The translations under genes and the position numbers were made by a program. A DNA stretch of 64,000 nucleotides from Octopus bimaculoides (Eukaryota), in the NCBI RefSeq assembly GCF_001194135.2, contig NC_068983.1, positions 153,250,023 through 153,314,022 on the forward strand, read 5' to 3'. The notes below the pieces were generated by a model. That model saw nothing but the letters and a program-made list of their open reading frames with translations, made no database searches and had not been told where the DNA came from. Positions 1 through 12,579 of the stretch are shown here, in pieces; the stretch's first letter is position 1; every line of letters begins with the position of its first letter.

Positions 1-2045
1 CAAGGCGCAAACATGCGCAGTGCCAGGCAGGAGTATCCATGACAATCTCCATTTGATATATTACATCACAGACTAGGTAGCTAAAGAACCTGGCATGGGT
101 GGGCGCTAGTCAATTTGGATCAATCAAAAACTTTCGATAGGGTCGTCCATCGTTACATAGAGTATGTCCTTAGGGCGGCTGGTTTCGGTCCTGTCTTTCA
201 CGCTTGGATCTTTGCCTTATACAGTGGCAACCGCACGGTACATCGCGTAAATAGTAATGTATTCAAACCATTTCACATCACGCGTTCGGTCCGTCAAGAA
301 TGCCCCCTCTCGTCACTTCTATATGTATTGACTCTGGAGCTACTACTGCGGAAGCTGGTGGCGCTGAGGGGTATCCTGCGAGAACTTGGATGCAGGACGT
401 GCGTGTCTGCATATGCGTACGACGTCCCCGTCATAGTGTTGATCCACAGGCACATTGACCTGGTCGGTGAGTCACTAAAAGAATGCGAAAAGGTTACGGG
501 AGCGAAAATTAACTTGGAAAGGTCAGTGGGCTTGCGGTTCGGCACCAGCAGAAGTAAGCCCATGCCATCCAACAGCTTCTCCATCATGGAACACTGGACC
601 GACGGACCTGTTAAATTGCTCGTGGTCTGGTTCGGATCAGACCTCCAAACAGAGAAGAACTAGGACGAGATAACGAATAGAGTGGCCACTCTCACCCAGC
701 AATAGGCCGAGAAGAAGCTATCCCTAAAGGTCGGGCCGAGGTGAGGAACGCATACATCACATCAGTCATCTATTATCGTCTGACCGTCGTGTCTTGCTCC
801 TACTCAATCATCACCAAGCTGGAACGCATACACTTCTGCTTTTTGTGGAAGGGAAGCTTTCCGATGGTTAGGCGATCCAATTGCTGTTTACACCCGCTAA
901 ATGGAGGGATAGGCATGCCGTGGTTGATGATGCGCTGACAAGTGTTGAGACTACTACATCTCAAGCGTTCCATAGACGATGGTGAGCAGGTGTGGTTGCC
1001 GTTTGTGAAACGCACTTTCCCGCATCTCGTCTCTTTGGCCGCACTGCAGTGATGAATCAAACATAGATCGAGGTGAGGTGAAAAACACCGCTAGTGTCAC
1101 TATGGTCTCGAGCAACTGTGCTGTCTGGAACCAAACGTATTCTATAGAGGATTAATGGATGGGAGGTGTGACGACGTTCTTTGGGAGAATTTGGGCGTCG
1201 ACGAGGAACACCTGACCAACCTCTTCAGGATCACTTTTGGTCCGAGACTTATGGGCAGTCACCAAAGATCCCTGGCCTGGCAGCGTTATCGGGAGGCATT
1301 GCCCATTCGGGATGAACTCTACAGGCATGGTTCGAGAGACATTGGACCGACTTTTTGAGATATGGTCAGAGCGACGAAACAGTTCTGCACGCACCCGTGC
1401 AATGTCTAAACATTTCAGACCTGTGGGCTTATGTCGAACGGCTGCTGTCACGTGTGGGACGAACTCGGTTGTCGGCTCAGTCTGTTATGAAAATTATCCC
1501 GCCACCTTCCGTTAACCGGGAAGGCACGGCAGTTGCGTTGTAATGGTGACTATGGTGAAAGAATGTGTGTGGTGGACTCCCGCGAAATGGTTAGAGACAA
1601 ACACTTTTCTCTGTGATCAATCGCTCATCAACTTTTTCAAGTAACACTTGAAAATGAAGGTGAGAATAGAGAGGGAAGATTTGTCTCACGAAAGGTGCAA
1701 TAAAAGGTGGGTAAATGTAGCAAAGATGGTACGTGTGAATGACGAAACCACTTTGAGCATGATCTTGTAAATCCAAAAGAGAGGGAGAGCACTTTGCTCT
1801 CATGTGTTTCTTTCCCTGCCTGAGGTTACCATGGTCTTTTTCGTAGGAGTTTCTTTCCATGGATAAACCTAATCTGTATTACATTTTTACTCCCTCTTTT
1901 TGGAACTCTATTATAAATGGAAAATTGTCATCTCGCTGTTTACATGTACCAAACGCTTTCGATCCCGTTTGATACATTTTTTTCCCGAAAAGAAAATTTC
2001 TACATTGCATTGTCCCCTCTGTATTCGGCCTTGTGAGGCTAATAA
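1..2045 (+). mobile_element. Tx1/L1-clade non-LTR retrotransposon, ORF2 RT plus C-terminal region and 3' UTR; decayed, runs off the left window edge
   Basis: Translations give LDQSKTFDRV, RSVRQECPLSSLLYVL, SAYAYDV (decayed YADD), AKINLERS, FCFLWKG...PLNGGIGMP and a C-terminus ending ...HLKMKVRIEREDLSHERCNKRWVNVAKMVRVNDETTLSMIL*. Several stops and frameshifts. AATAAA at 2041 abuts a (TATC)n tract. Confidence 0.85.
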
Positions 2046-2052
2046 ATCTATA

Positions 2053-2108
<56 letters not shown>

Positions 2109-2109
2109 G

Positions 2110-2160
<51 letters not shown>

Positions 2161-2216
2161 AATCAATCTATCTATGTATCTATGTATGTATGTATGTATG
2201 TGTGTATGTATGTATG

Positions 2217-2280
<64 letters not shown>

Positions 2281-2331
2281 AATCTATTTACTTACCTACC
2301 TACCTACCTACCTACCTACATACCTACCTAC

Positions 2332-2398
<67 letters not shown>
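2046..2398. repeat. Compound tetranucleotide microsatellite (TATC)n/(TATG)n/(TACC)n
   Basis: Directly visible; source of the LSIYLSIY ORFs. Confidence 0.98.
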
Positions 2399-3695
2399 AG
2401 TGTGAATATGCATTTATATGCAAATGAAGATTTCTAGAGTCTTTATCCTGAATTTAATCCAAAATTTCCTATTGTTTTGCTTAAGAAACATTTTGAATAT
2501 ATATCTTTTTGGTTTTATAGTGAAACATTTGCAGAGTAAAGAATCTGACAGAAATGTCTTTTCTTGTCTCTGGATCTAGTGGCAATAACAATGTATGAAG
2601 TCTTAGTTTACATAACAATGTTTTTATAAAGAAAGAGCACTTAATAATTCATTAATAGATAACTAAAATCAAAGTACTTATTGATATCCACTAAAAGCTC
2701 TGTATTCTTCCCCAGTCAGAGGTGACTGTGGTTCAACAACAAAAACATTTGAATTACATAATTCAAAATAGAAATATCATAAATTCAGAGAGCGGTGTTA
2801 TCTGTTCGTAAACACTACCTACGCATTACACCTCCATGGTCGCTTCGTTCCAAGTTGATATTTTCAACTAACATTCTGACAATCAATACTTTGATTGTTT
2901 TTCATTCTTCTAAAGACATGTTAGTATATATTAAAGATCTTATTCAAACACTTGAAGCAGCATTTCAATGCCCTTTCCACCATGAAATCGGTAGCATAGT
3001 TTGATTTAATTTCACGAAACTCAATTGAGGGAAACACGGGTATACTATGCGTGTTTTAGCTTCGTTAGTATGGTAAAAGTGGTGATGCTTATTGAGACCT
3101 CATATATATATATATATATATANNNNNNNNNNNNNNNNNNNNNNNNNNNNNNNNNNNNNNNNNNNNNNNNNNNNNNNNNNNNNNNNNNNNNNNNNNNNNN
3201 NNNNNNNNNNNNNNNNNNNNNNNNNNNNNNNNNNNNNNNNNNNNNNNNNNNNNNNNNNNNNNNNNNNNNNNNNNNNNNNNNNNNNNNNNNNNNNNNNNNN
3301 NNNNNNNNNNNNNNNNNNNNNNNNNNNNNNNNNNNNNNNNNNNNNNNNNNNNNNNNNNNNNNNNNNNNNNNNNNNNNNNNNNNNNNNNNNNNNNNNNNNN
3401 NNNNNNNNNNNNNNNNNNNNNNNNNNNNNNNNNNNNNNNNNNNNNNNNNNNNNNNNNNNNNNNNNNNNNNNNNNNNNNNNNNNNNNNNNNNNNNNNNNNN
3501 NNNNNNNNNNNNNNNNNNNNNNNNNNNNNNNNNNNNNNNNNNNNNNNNNNNNNNNNNNNNNNNNNNNNNNNNNNNNNNNNNNNNNNNNNNNNNNNNNNNN
3601 NNNNNNNNNNNNNNNNNNNNNNNNNNNNNNNNNNNNNNNNNNNNNNNNNNNNNNNNNNNNNNNNNNNNNNNNNNNNNNNNNNNNNNNNNNNNNNN

Positions 3696-3762
3696 GATTT
3701 GCTCGACTAAAGGTGGTGCTCCAGCAAGGCCGCGGTCAAATGACTGAAACAAGTAAAAGAGT
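3696..3762 (+). mobile_element. SINE family 1, 3' tail only (remainder in gap)
   Basis: gatttgctcgactaaaggtggtgctccagcaaggccgcggtcaaatgactgaaacaagtaaaagag matches the reverse complement of the tail of the full copy at 46719-47119. Confidence 0.85.
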
Positions 3763-4012
3763 ATATATATATATATATATATATATTTATTTATACATAT
3801 ATATTTATACATATATTTATCTCTCTCTAATGAATCGGCAGCAGTACTTATTTTTTAAAGACTTGTACTTATTCTATCAATGTTTTGTCGAATCACTATG
3901 ATATGGAAACCTAAACACAAACTCAAAGATGCGCCCACACTCACATGCACACACATACACACATACACACACACACACCCACACACACACACTCACTCTC
4001 TCTCTCTCTCTC

Positions 4013-4061
<49 letters not shown>

Positions 4062-4063
<2 letters not shown>

Positions 4064-4185
4064 GACGATCTTCTATAGTAGTAGACACCTGCCCACGTAG
4101 CCACCTGCCCACGTAGCCACCCAGCGGGACTGAACAGAACCATGTGCTTGGAAATCAAACTTCTTACCACACAACCATACATGCA
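4062..4185 (-). mobile_element. SINE family 1, tRNA-like head fragment
   Basis: Similar to the heads at 47020-47119 and 50660-50764; contains a short tandem duplication of acctgcccacgtagcc. Confidence 0.7.
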
Positions 4186-4769
4186 GGTCTTTTCTTGGTA
4201 CCTGTCTCATACCATTTTCCTTAACTTTCTGTAACTTATTAAAGTTCTTCTTTAAGTGAAAACGAATAAGCAGATCATGAGCATACACGAACTTAATGCT
4301 AATTTATGTTTAGTCACATAAGTGCATCTTCCCCTCGGGTTTGAATTGCTGGCACTTGTTAACTGTCCTTTATACGCATAGAGAGAACAATGTCCAATCA
4401 TATGTCCTTATGTGTGCGTATATGTACTTACATGTTTGTTTGTGTATCTGGTTATAGATAAATTCACGTAGTAACTAGTAATAAACTATTACCTCTATAG
4501 CTGGATTTTCTGCGATAAAACCAGTTGACTCACTTGAAATGATCGGTGAGATGCCTTTCATGATGCCTAACAGCAAGAGAATAGTTGTTTTTCAAATGAG
4601 TGGAAAACCAGGCTTCGTATCAAAGCTTAATTAGCAACCACACTTGGGACATGGAATTATCCGATTTTGTGAACAAGTGCTTTATGAGAGAGTGATGGAT
4701 AAAGTCAGAAATTGCAATACTTTTTCAGTTTGGTACAATTAATATTAATATTGATTTTCTAAATATGCT

Positions 4770-5450
4770 GCAGTTGTATCGCGATCAGGGTCTTAAGGTA
4801 GGCAGCACTCTTTTAGTAGGAACCCAAGGAAATTTTACGTGGGAATATTTTCGGTCAATATTACCTCATATCGTTGGCTATGCTACACTAGGCTGGTTTT
4901 TGTGATATGTGTAGAATCAAAGCTTAGTGTGGTGTTACATAATGCACAATTCTGCTCTTAATGCGAGCAAAGCTGAAGCTAGTTGTTAGAAGAAAGTATG
5001 CAACAAATAAGACTAAGTTTCTGAAACAGTAAAGTGCTGACAAATTCGACGCTCTGCAATATATGTGTCTTTTCGTGGAACTTGTAAATGAATCACCTGA
5101 TATTTCATTATCTGATGTTGAACAAAATGTCCATGTGAGTTCTGCAAATATTTCCATAAAAATTATTCAGAAATATTTGAGCTTCTAGATATTTAGCATA
5201 AATTACAACAGAAATTATTCAATGCTAATTGACTTAGAACGGAACATTTGGAAACTGAGGGATTATTGAAGCCACACAAATCGAGAACTGAGGCCAAGGA
5301 AGAACGGGAGATATTTGAGATTATCCACAGTAACGTTACTGGGTTTTAACAAAATCTCAAAAGAGTGTACAATATTGCACAAATTGTTCAAAGATATATT
5401 TGATCCTATCCAATGAACGACTGCTCCTCTTTGTTTTAGACATAGGTCCC
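4770..5450 (+). mobile_element. Possible very old hAT (Charlie/SPIN-like) transposase remnant
   Basis: Only scattered motif echoes across frames (RSG...RQ, RWL, LIDL, LSNERL). Confidence 0.25.
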
Positions 5451-8281
5451 ATAATACTTATTTTAAGAAATGTAATCTGGGGAGATGAAAGACCATTTGA
5501 CAAATATTTTTCATATTTTCATTCTCTGTACACGAAAAACATATCGAAAACCTAACATGGCAACATGTTATTCAAGAATCGATAGCGTTCTTAATAGAGA
5601 GGCAGTCAACAAATTTTATCAGACTAAAAGATAGGTAAAATAACATCTTAGAGCTGATTATATACCAGATACGATTACTAAGAATCATAGTGATGTAGTG
5701 TTTGTAGTCGCTCCTTGTTTTGATAAAAAAACAGTTATTAACTATACACTCATGCCTACAGCCTAGTTAATTCACATCAATTGTGAATTACATGTGAATG
5801 CAAATGTAAATGTTTAGCTATAGAATATTACTTTGTGGCTCAGTCGAGAACATTTCCATATCAGCACCGTCTATATTCCGTTACAGCGCACAAAACACAG
5901 ATATAGTCGTATATATAATCAAGAAGAAATAATTTTATTGGAACAGAAAAGTTGTTTTTAATTTTTTTTTTTGGCATACCTATGGCGTATGTTTACATTG
6001 GGTGACGGCGAAGAACGTATCACAAATTAGGTGGGCAGGAATTTTGAAGTTGATAAATTAACTTGCAGTTTTAAAGATATTAGATACTAGAAGCAAAATT
6101 AAACAAATTATTAAGAACATTTCGAAACATTAAAATATATGCATTAATATTAACCTGCATTTTTACGTTTTCTGATTCAAATTTTAGAAATCTAATAATA
6201 CAGTTTACCATTTCTCCGTAAATTATACTGTCATCATCTTCTAAGGATTTAGTATAAGGAAATAAATCTTTTGTTTGTTCTATGCTAGTATACACTCGTT
6301 TAATATTTACTCAGAGACTATCGACCTAGTAACAGTAACAGACACAATGTTACATGGTGGGACTCGCAATGCAGACAGAGCAGTTAGAAATTAAATTTCC
6401 TAACGCTCTATTTCGGGGCGATTCGCAGGCTTCATTATAACTATTCACATGCTCTCCAATGATGACCACAACCCTGAACCATCAACATATTTTCAGTTTT
6501 CCCAATATCTACGTCACTAAAGCTAAAATTTATGACAAACGCAAAGCACATCAACATAGCAAAAACACAACAATTAGGAAAATCAATAATGCACCAAGTT
6601 GTCATCTAAAAAAAGTAGGACTTTATATTATGCTTGCTATGATGTTTTAAATTCAATATGTCAGTTTTTATATACTATCTTAGGATATAGTACATAAACG
6701 GAAATTTTCTATATTCAATGAAACAAAGGCCTTTATAAAAATGTCAATCAAACGTATTGTCTTGTACACCACAAACATTTTCGTTGCTGTTTTATCAGAA
6801 ATCCATTGTTTCTGATTCAATCACAAAACAACATCTTAACACTCTTGCTCCCACACGCGTACAATTGTTTAGTTTATCTCTTCCTAAATCAATTTTACAT
6901 GTGTCTACATATTCAAAATACACAGGCCCATGCAGATACATACGGATACATACACAATGTGTATGCGAGTGTGTATGTGCGTTATTCCTTAGTTGCAAAG
7001 TATAATGACGAAAACGGGACTCTATTTCCGTTCTCAGTTTTTTCAAAGTAATGACAAAATGAGTTAGCGGGATATCATGTATATCATTCATAACAGGATA
7101 CAAAACGAATACAAAAGGAGTTATAGCGTTTATCATTGTGAAATAATGATATAAAATTCATTGGTATGATTAATTCTGTATGCCAAAGTAATAAAGGACT
7201 GCATCCACATAAAAACCACAACAGGGTGATACTAAAATATTATCAGAGAATATTCCCGAATGGTTTTGAGAAAAACAACTCATTCATGTTTGTATATAAA
7301 CCGATCTACATTGATGTACGAGGAGAAGGTTTTGCGTTCATTAAAACGTTCGTTTTAAACAAAGTATTGTGAAATGGATGTTTCGAGTCTAGCGTTAATA
7401 TAAAATTAAACATAGCAAGTGAGCAGAAAGAAATGTTATGAAATATGTATTTATATTTAAGACAAAGTTAGACGGAAAATAATGGAAGAATATGAAGTCC
7501 AAGAGAAAAAAAGAAGAAAAAATATTTTAGGGAAAATTATTAGTCTCAGTGGGTTTAAAAATGTAAAGTTACAAATAATTACAGCAAAATACCAAAATAT
7601 AAGGGACTTGATCTTTTGGTTGCAGTTCGGAGCGACTCTCTTTCGAGTAATTATTGTTGAAGAGGAAATAACTATTGCGAAATGCATGTATTCATTAATC
7701 TGGGTACCAGGCGCCTTGAACTGACTTCGTGTGTTCACACCTGTACGTCTGCAGCGAGAATTTTCGTCAAAATGCAGTGAATGGCTCGAATATGTCTCAA
7801 GCATATTTGAACTGGTTTATATTTGTACACATGAATGTTTAGTTCTTGTAATTTGTATTATAGTCATAGGAACAGCAGGTCGATAACGAATGAAGAAACA
7901 AATTTGTCTTTAAATTAACTTTGAAAAGTTGGAATGCAGGGTGTAATAAAATGAATGTATCCATTAATTTGGCAGAGAAATTTTGGTAAGGATTGATATG
8001 AATATGAATTATAATACCAAACTGTGTCACTCGGGGTAAAATCTTAAAAGTATTAGATAATGAAGTCTACTTAATTACAAAAGATATAAATATTCAACAA
8101 CAATAGCACAGACCGCAGCGACAACACCAACAGCATTGCGACAACAGCAACGGTCAGAGAAAATAAACAATTCACCGGTATTTGAGCTCTAATTTCACGA
8201 ACCGTTTTTATGAGCTGATTCACGCTTTCCTTTTACAAATTTTATTCTCTAATTCGCCCCACACTTCTACCAGCTAGTACT

Positions 8282-8312
8282 ACTGTCGCTGCCGCTGCTG
8301 CTGCTGCCACTG

Positions 8313-8354
<42 letters not shown>

Positions 8355-8410
8355 TATACACATTCATTTATATGCATATATAGATTTGTAAGTATGTATA
8401 TATGTATATA

Positions 8411-8450
<40 letters not shown>
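8282..8450. repeat. (GCT)n/(ACT)n followed by (TA)n microsatellites
   Basis: Directly visible. Confidence 0.95.
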
Positions 8451-8454
<4 letters not shown>

Positions 8455-8456
<2 letters not shown>

Positions 8457-8735
8457 TTAAAGTTTCAGCTTAGAGCTGCGGCCATGCTGATGCACCACCG
8501 TGTTGCTACACTGTTATTACAGGGAGCCTCTTACAATATGTGGCACTTGGTGAAGAATGGAGTTTGATTTAGCAACCCTCATTTGCACCTCTTGCCGCGA
8601 GGTAGGTTCATCTGGGACTTTCGATAGGAAGAGGTCCAGCTTTGATTTAAAAACTCCTCCATCTACTTTGTGTAGATTCCTCAGGCTCTTTGGGAAAATA
8701 TTAAAAAGCTGTGGGTAAATTAAAATCTTTACCAT
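8455..8735 (-). mobile_element. 5'-truncated CR1/L2/Jockey-group LINE, ORF2 C-terminus plus short 3' UTR
   Basis: ORF PQLFNIFPKSLRNLHKVDGGVFKSKLDLFLSKVPDEP...SNSILHQV is typical of APE-type LINE ORF2 ends; followed by tail ggtggtgcatcagcatggccgcagctctaagctgaaac. Clade assignment tentative. Confidence 0.75.
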
Positions 8736-10399
8736 ACGTCATGATGTCAAAAAAAGTAGATGAAATCTATTGTCGTATTATAATATCACATTGGAAGAAA
8801 TGTGTTCGAGAATATGGTATTAAAATCTAGCTTGGCATTCGTAGCATCCCAGCTGGTTTGTGAAACAATCTGACAGCTGAAGAAGCCACTTATTTGAATT
8901 TAATAATCCATTTTATTGGCAGATGTTTTTACGAGTTTCATTAAAAAAGTCATTTTATTATTACATGTAGTTGCTTCTACCAATTTTCTATTATATCATG
9001 TCAAACTGCGCAAAAATAATGCAAAACTGATTTTCAACGCAAACGTCCTCATCTTTAAGTGAGCAAAAATTATATAGACAGCTAAGAGTTCAAGAAAGCA
9101 TTCTTAGTATAATTTCAATGGGAAAATGATATCGGAAAACTCATTACCCATGTGATAGGGTTTATTTGAGTGAATATCCATGAATCGGCAGGAAATCAAC
9201 ATGAGACTGTAAAGTGCCTGTGGTATAATTTTGAATGAAATGGGTGTTAGTCAAGGTAAAAACACCATCATTCGAACACCAGTATGTTCTATTGGAAAAC
9301 GTTGCAGAATCATATAGTACGTATTCCATGCAACATTCTTCAGGAGGAAAATCTGAAGTAGTGGAATGGGTTTACGGAGATTGCTTTGAATAAAATGCTT
9401 TGGGTTACCATTGATTTTAACTTAGAGCCAAAGTATATTTTGTGTTTTGCCATCTTATGGAGATCGATAGACTGTTTCATTAATTATCTCTAACAGAATA
9501 ATCATTCACACAGCGTAAAATCTGTTAGTGATGTAGCAATAATCTAAAAACTTATTCCTGATCCGTTGATCGATATATCAAACGTTTGGACGTCAGTGAC
9601 AATAATACCTCCAAATACATTAGAAACTCTCTTATTATATTCAGAAACGATCGGCCCCACCGCTACTTGCTGCTTTCACTTAACTAGAATATACACTTGC
9701 GTCTTTGTCTTCTGATGTAACAAGTGTAAGTCTGTGTTTACACAGATGTAGTCTAGCACCCTTCGCTCAGCATGTAACTCTCTCGTTCGCAAATGAGGGG
9801 ATTTCCTTGAAAGTTGAATTGCACTGCTTTTCACCACATTCAAACTTAAATAGAACAGATAAAGTGGTGAGTATAAACATATCATGAAATGTTTAATATG
9901 TTCAGACTATGATATTACAAATTGTCTAAAACAGAACGTATAACTTTGGGAAACAAAAACTTAAATTAGTGACGCATATGGAAATGTAATTTCAATAGAC
10001 AAAAATATGATTCATTGACAAGAAAAACAAACTACACTTCAATTTTGTGGGAAGAAGGCCAATATTTTGTTTGTTTCCTTACTGCTACTAAAAGGATGCT
10101 ATTCTTCTTGTATGCAACGCAGCGTATTTATATACAAACTGATGAAAATCACAAGCACGAGAAGCGGATTGGCAAGATGCAGTTACCCAATTTGCCTAAC
10201 ATCTCAGTTGTACGGCAACGAATTTCAAATTTATTTTAAATCCATATCATGACATGCCTCGTGTTGAATTCAGCGATAACATGGTGTTATATCACATCGT
10301 GCTAAAAATGCAAAATGCCTAGGGATCAGATGTGGCATGGACTCTTTGATATGCACAGTACTAAAACTTGTGGGGCGAGTCAGAATGTGGCGTTATAGT

Positions 10400-10547
10400 C
10401 CTGTGGCAGTGTGTTAAAAATCTTGCTTCACAACCACATGATTCCAGGTTCAGTCCCTCTGCGTGTGGCACCTTGGGCAAGTGTGGAGCAGACCAAAGCC
10501 TTGTGGGTGGATTTGGTAGATGGAAATTAAAAGAAGTCCATCGTATA
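10400..10547 (+). mobile_element. SINE family 1, head plus central domain
   Basis: A-box-like gtggcagtgtgttaa, B-box-like ggttcagtccc, then ccttgggcaagtg...gaccaaagccttgtgggtggatttggtagatggaaattaaaagaag. Confidence 0.85.
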
Positions 10548-10596
10548 TATAGGATTAGTGGTATTAAATGGAAGGTTACTAGTGTTCTAAATTACG

Positions 10597-10905
10597 TTAT
10601 GTGTTGATATTTAGTTGTGGAAGATATTTATTGATGAAAGTTGCCTCTTTATTCATTCTTTGTTGTATTGAGGTGTTCTGTGAACATTGACAGAAGGGAA
10701 AAATTAGGAAATTAGGTTTACGTTTCCTCGCACGCCTTTCTATGTGTCCACTGGCCTGTATCTGTCTGTATTGTGGGTGGCGGATTTGTTCTTGGTGGAG
10801 AGTGGTTCTTCTACGGAGTGATATCCTGTTTGGCCAATATAATTATTACCACACCCTAAGCATGCACTGGCATAGATTAGATTTACCGAGGCACAGGTGA
10901 AATTT
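10597..10905 (-). mobile_element. Penelope-like element, GIY-YIG endonuclease C-terminal fragment
   Basis: FTCASVNLIYASACLGCGNNYIGQTG followed, after a frameshift, by ...QNTSIQQRMNKEATFINKYLPQLNINT*; characteristic PLE GIY-YIG with CxxC. Confidence 0.85.
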
Positions 10906-10974
10906 GATATATATATATGTACATATATATATATGTATATGCGTCTTGCAAACAACTTGCACATGCAAGTGCTA

Positions 10975-12230
10975 CCAGTCAAGAACTCCGTATACCGGAA
11001 GCCAGCAAGTGTATGGGGTCATCAGGAGAGAATGCGCGCCGTTTCGGGGCCTACCTCTCGACGGCATCAATGCGCACCGGCCCCCCTCACTGATATGAGG
11101 CCCCGCTTGCTAGATGAACTGATTATTAAACAAAGCTCAATATTTCTCTAGCCATCGCTCATCGTCTCTTTTTAACCAAATCCAGTGGCTAGCCTTCTCC
11201 ACTGTAGTTTGAATATCGGTAATGGTGGTATTTACCTTCCGATGAGTTAGGCCTAACGATAACAGCAGTCGTTTCACACTGTTTCCTACAAATCCTCTAC
11301 ATCCGACTTCGATTGGAAAATGCTCCGCTTTCCAGCCTGCGTCTTCACATTTCTCGAGAAGGTTTTCATAATGGTCCATCTTTTGAGCCCGCGCGGCGTC
11401 CATATTATCTTCATGAGGAACCGTTAACTCAACTAGATTTACAACTTTTCTTCTTTCACACCACATTAAAATGTCAGTTTTTTTCCATAACTGGGATGGG
11501 AAAGAATGCCTGGCACCCAGGCAAATCTGCAGTCACTTCCCAATAGTCGTTCCACTTTTCATTTCTCACAGGAAGTTTCCTGTTCTTTTTCTTGAAACGG
11601 ATCCGCTGACCTAAGCGCACGAAGGTAATAAAATCTTTAGATGGTTCTTTCAACGGTTTTTTTCTCAGTGTTGTTGAGATGAATTTGGTTCTTCATAGCA
11701 TTGAAGATAAGCTTCAAGACCAGGTTGTGTCTCCATGTATATCCATTCAATGCTAAGGAACAGTTGGAAAGAATATGTTTCAGTGTTCCGACCTTTCCGC
11801 ATTTGCATATGTCATTCTCTGAGACGTTCCATCTTGCGAGATTCCTAGGTGACGGCAAAACATCATAGGATCAACGAATCAGAAAACTTAGCCGAGATGT
11901 CGTCCACTTCCATATTTCATCCCAACGTATTTTCCTCTCAACAACATGTTCTTCCCATCTCTTTATCTGTCCTTGTTGACTACATCGGATCAAATGAAGC
12001 TCTCTTCTCTCTGCTTCTGCTTTCCACTTCCTTGCTGTTTTCACTTCTGGTGGGTTCTGCCTGATTTCCGTATTCTTCGATTCTCTCAGCATCATCACCG
12101 TCCGTATCTTCCCTAGTTTATATATTTCGACTATTGATGCTAGTGGTAACTGCAACGAACCTCTTTTACGATAAAGAGCTGAACTGTTCAACATCCGAGG
12201 TAGGCCTAGCCACTTTCGAATGAACACATT
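10975..12230 (-). mobile_element. Hero-clade non-LTR retrotransposon 3' portion (post-RT, CCHC knuckle, restriction-like endonuclease, 3' UTR)
   Basis: [45 protein letters not shown]...WRHNLVL, VELTVPHEDN, FPIEVGCRGF, ASHWIWLKR; stops, frameshifts and an internal deletion. Confidence 0.88.
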
Positions 12231-12341
12231 ATATATATGTATGTATGTATGTAGGTATGTATGTATGTATGTATGTATGTATGTATGTATGTATGTATGT
12301 ATGTATATATATATATGTATGTATATATATATATGTATGTA

Positions 12342-12377
<36 letters not shown>

Positions 12378-12579
12378 CATATATANNNNNNNNNNNNNNN
12401 NNNNNNNNNNNNNNNNNNNNNNNNNNNNNNNNNNNNNNNNNNNNNNNNNNNNNNNNNNNNNNNNNNNNNNNNNNNNNNNNNNNNNNNNNNNNNNNNNNNN
12501 NNNNNNNNNNNNNNNNNNNNNNNNNNNNNNNNNNNNNNNNNNTATGTATATATATATATGTATTTATGTATATGTATAT
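12231..12579. repeat. (TATG)n/(TA)n microsatellite spanning an N-gap
   Basis: Directly visible. Confidence 0.95.

Noticed and set aside
1900-2437. LSIY/YLSI repeat ORFs, and elsewhere poly-V, poly-E, poly-K, poly-L and HT/CV repeat ORFs
   Set aside because: Translations of simple tandem repeats.
6377-6409. Short imperfect palindrome AGAGCAGTTAGAAATT/AATTTCCTAACGCTCT
   Set aside because: Only about 15 bp, AT-rich and bulged; plausible by chance in 64 kb.
7457-7804. Overlapping 80 and 115 aa ORFs
   Set aside because: No recognisable motif, AT-rich codon use and no convincing splice sites.
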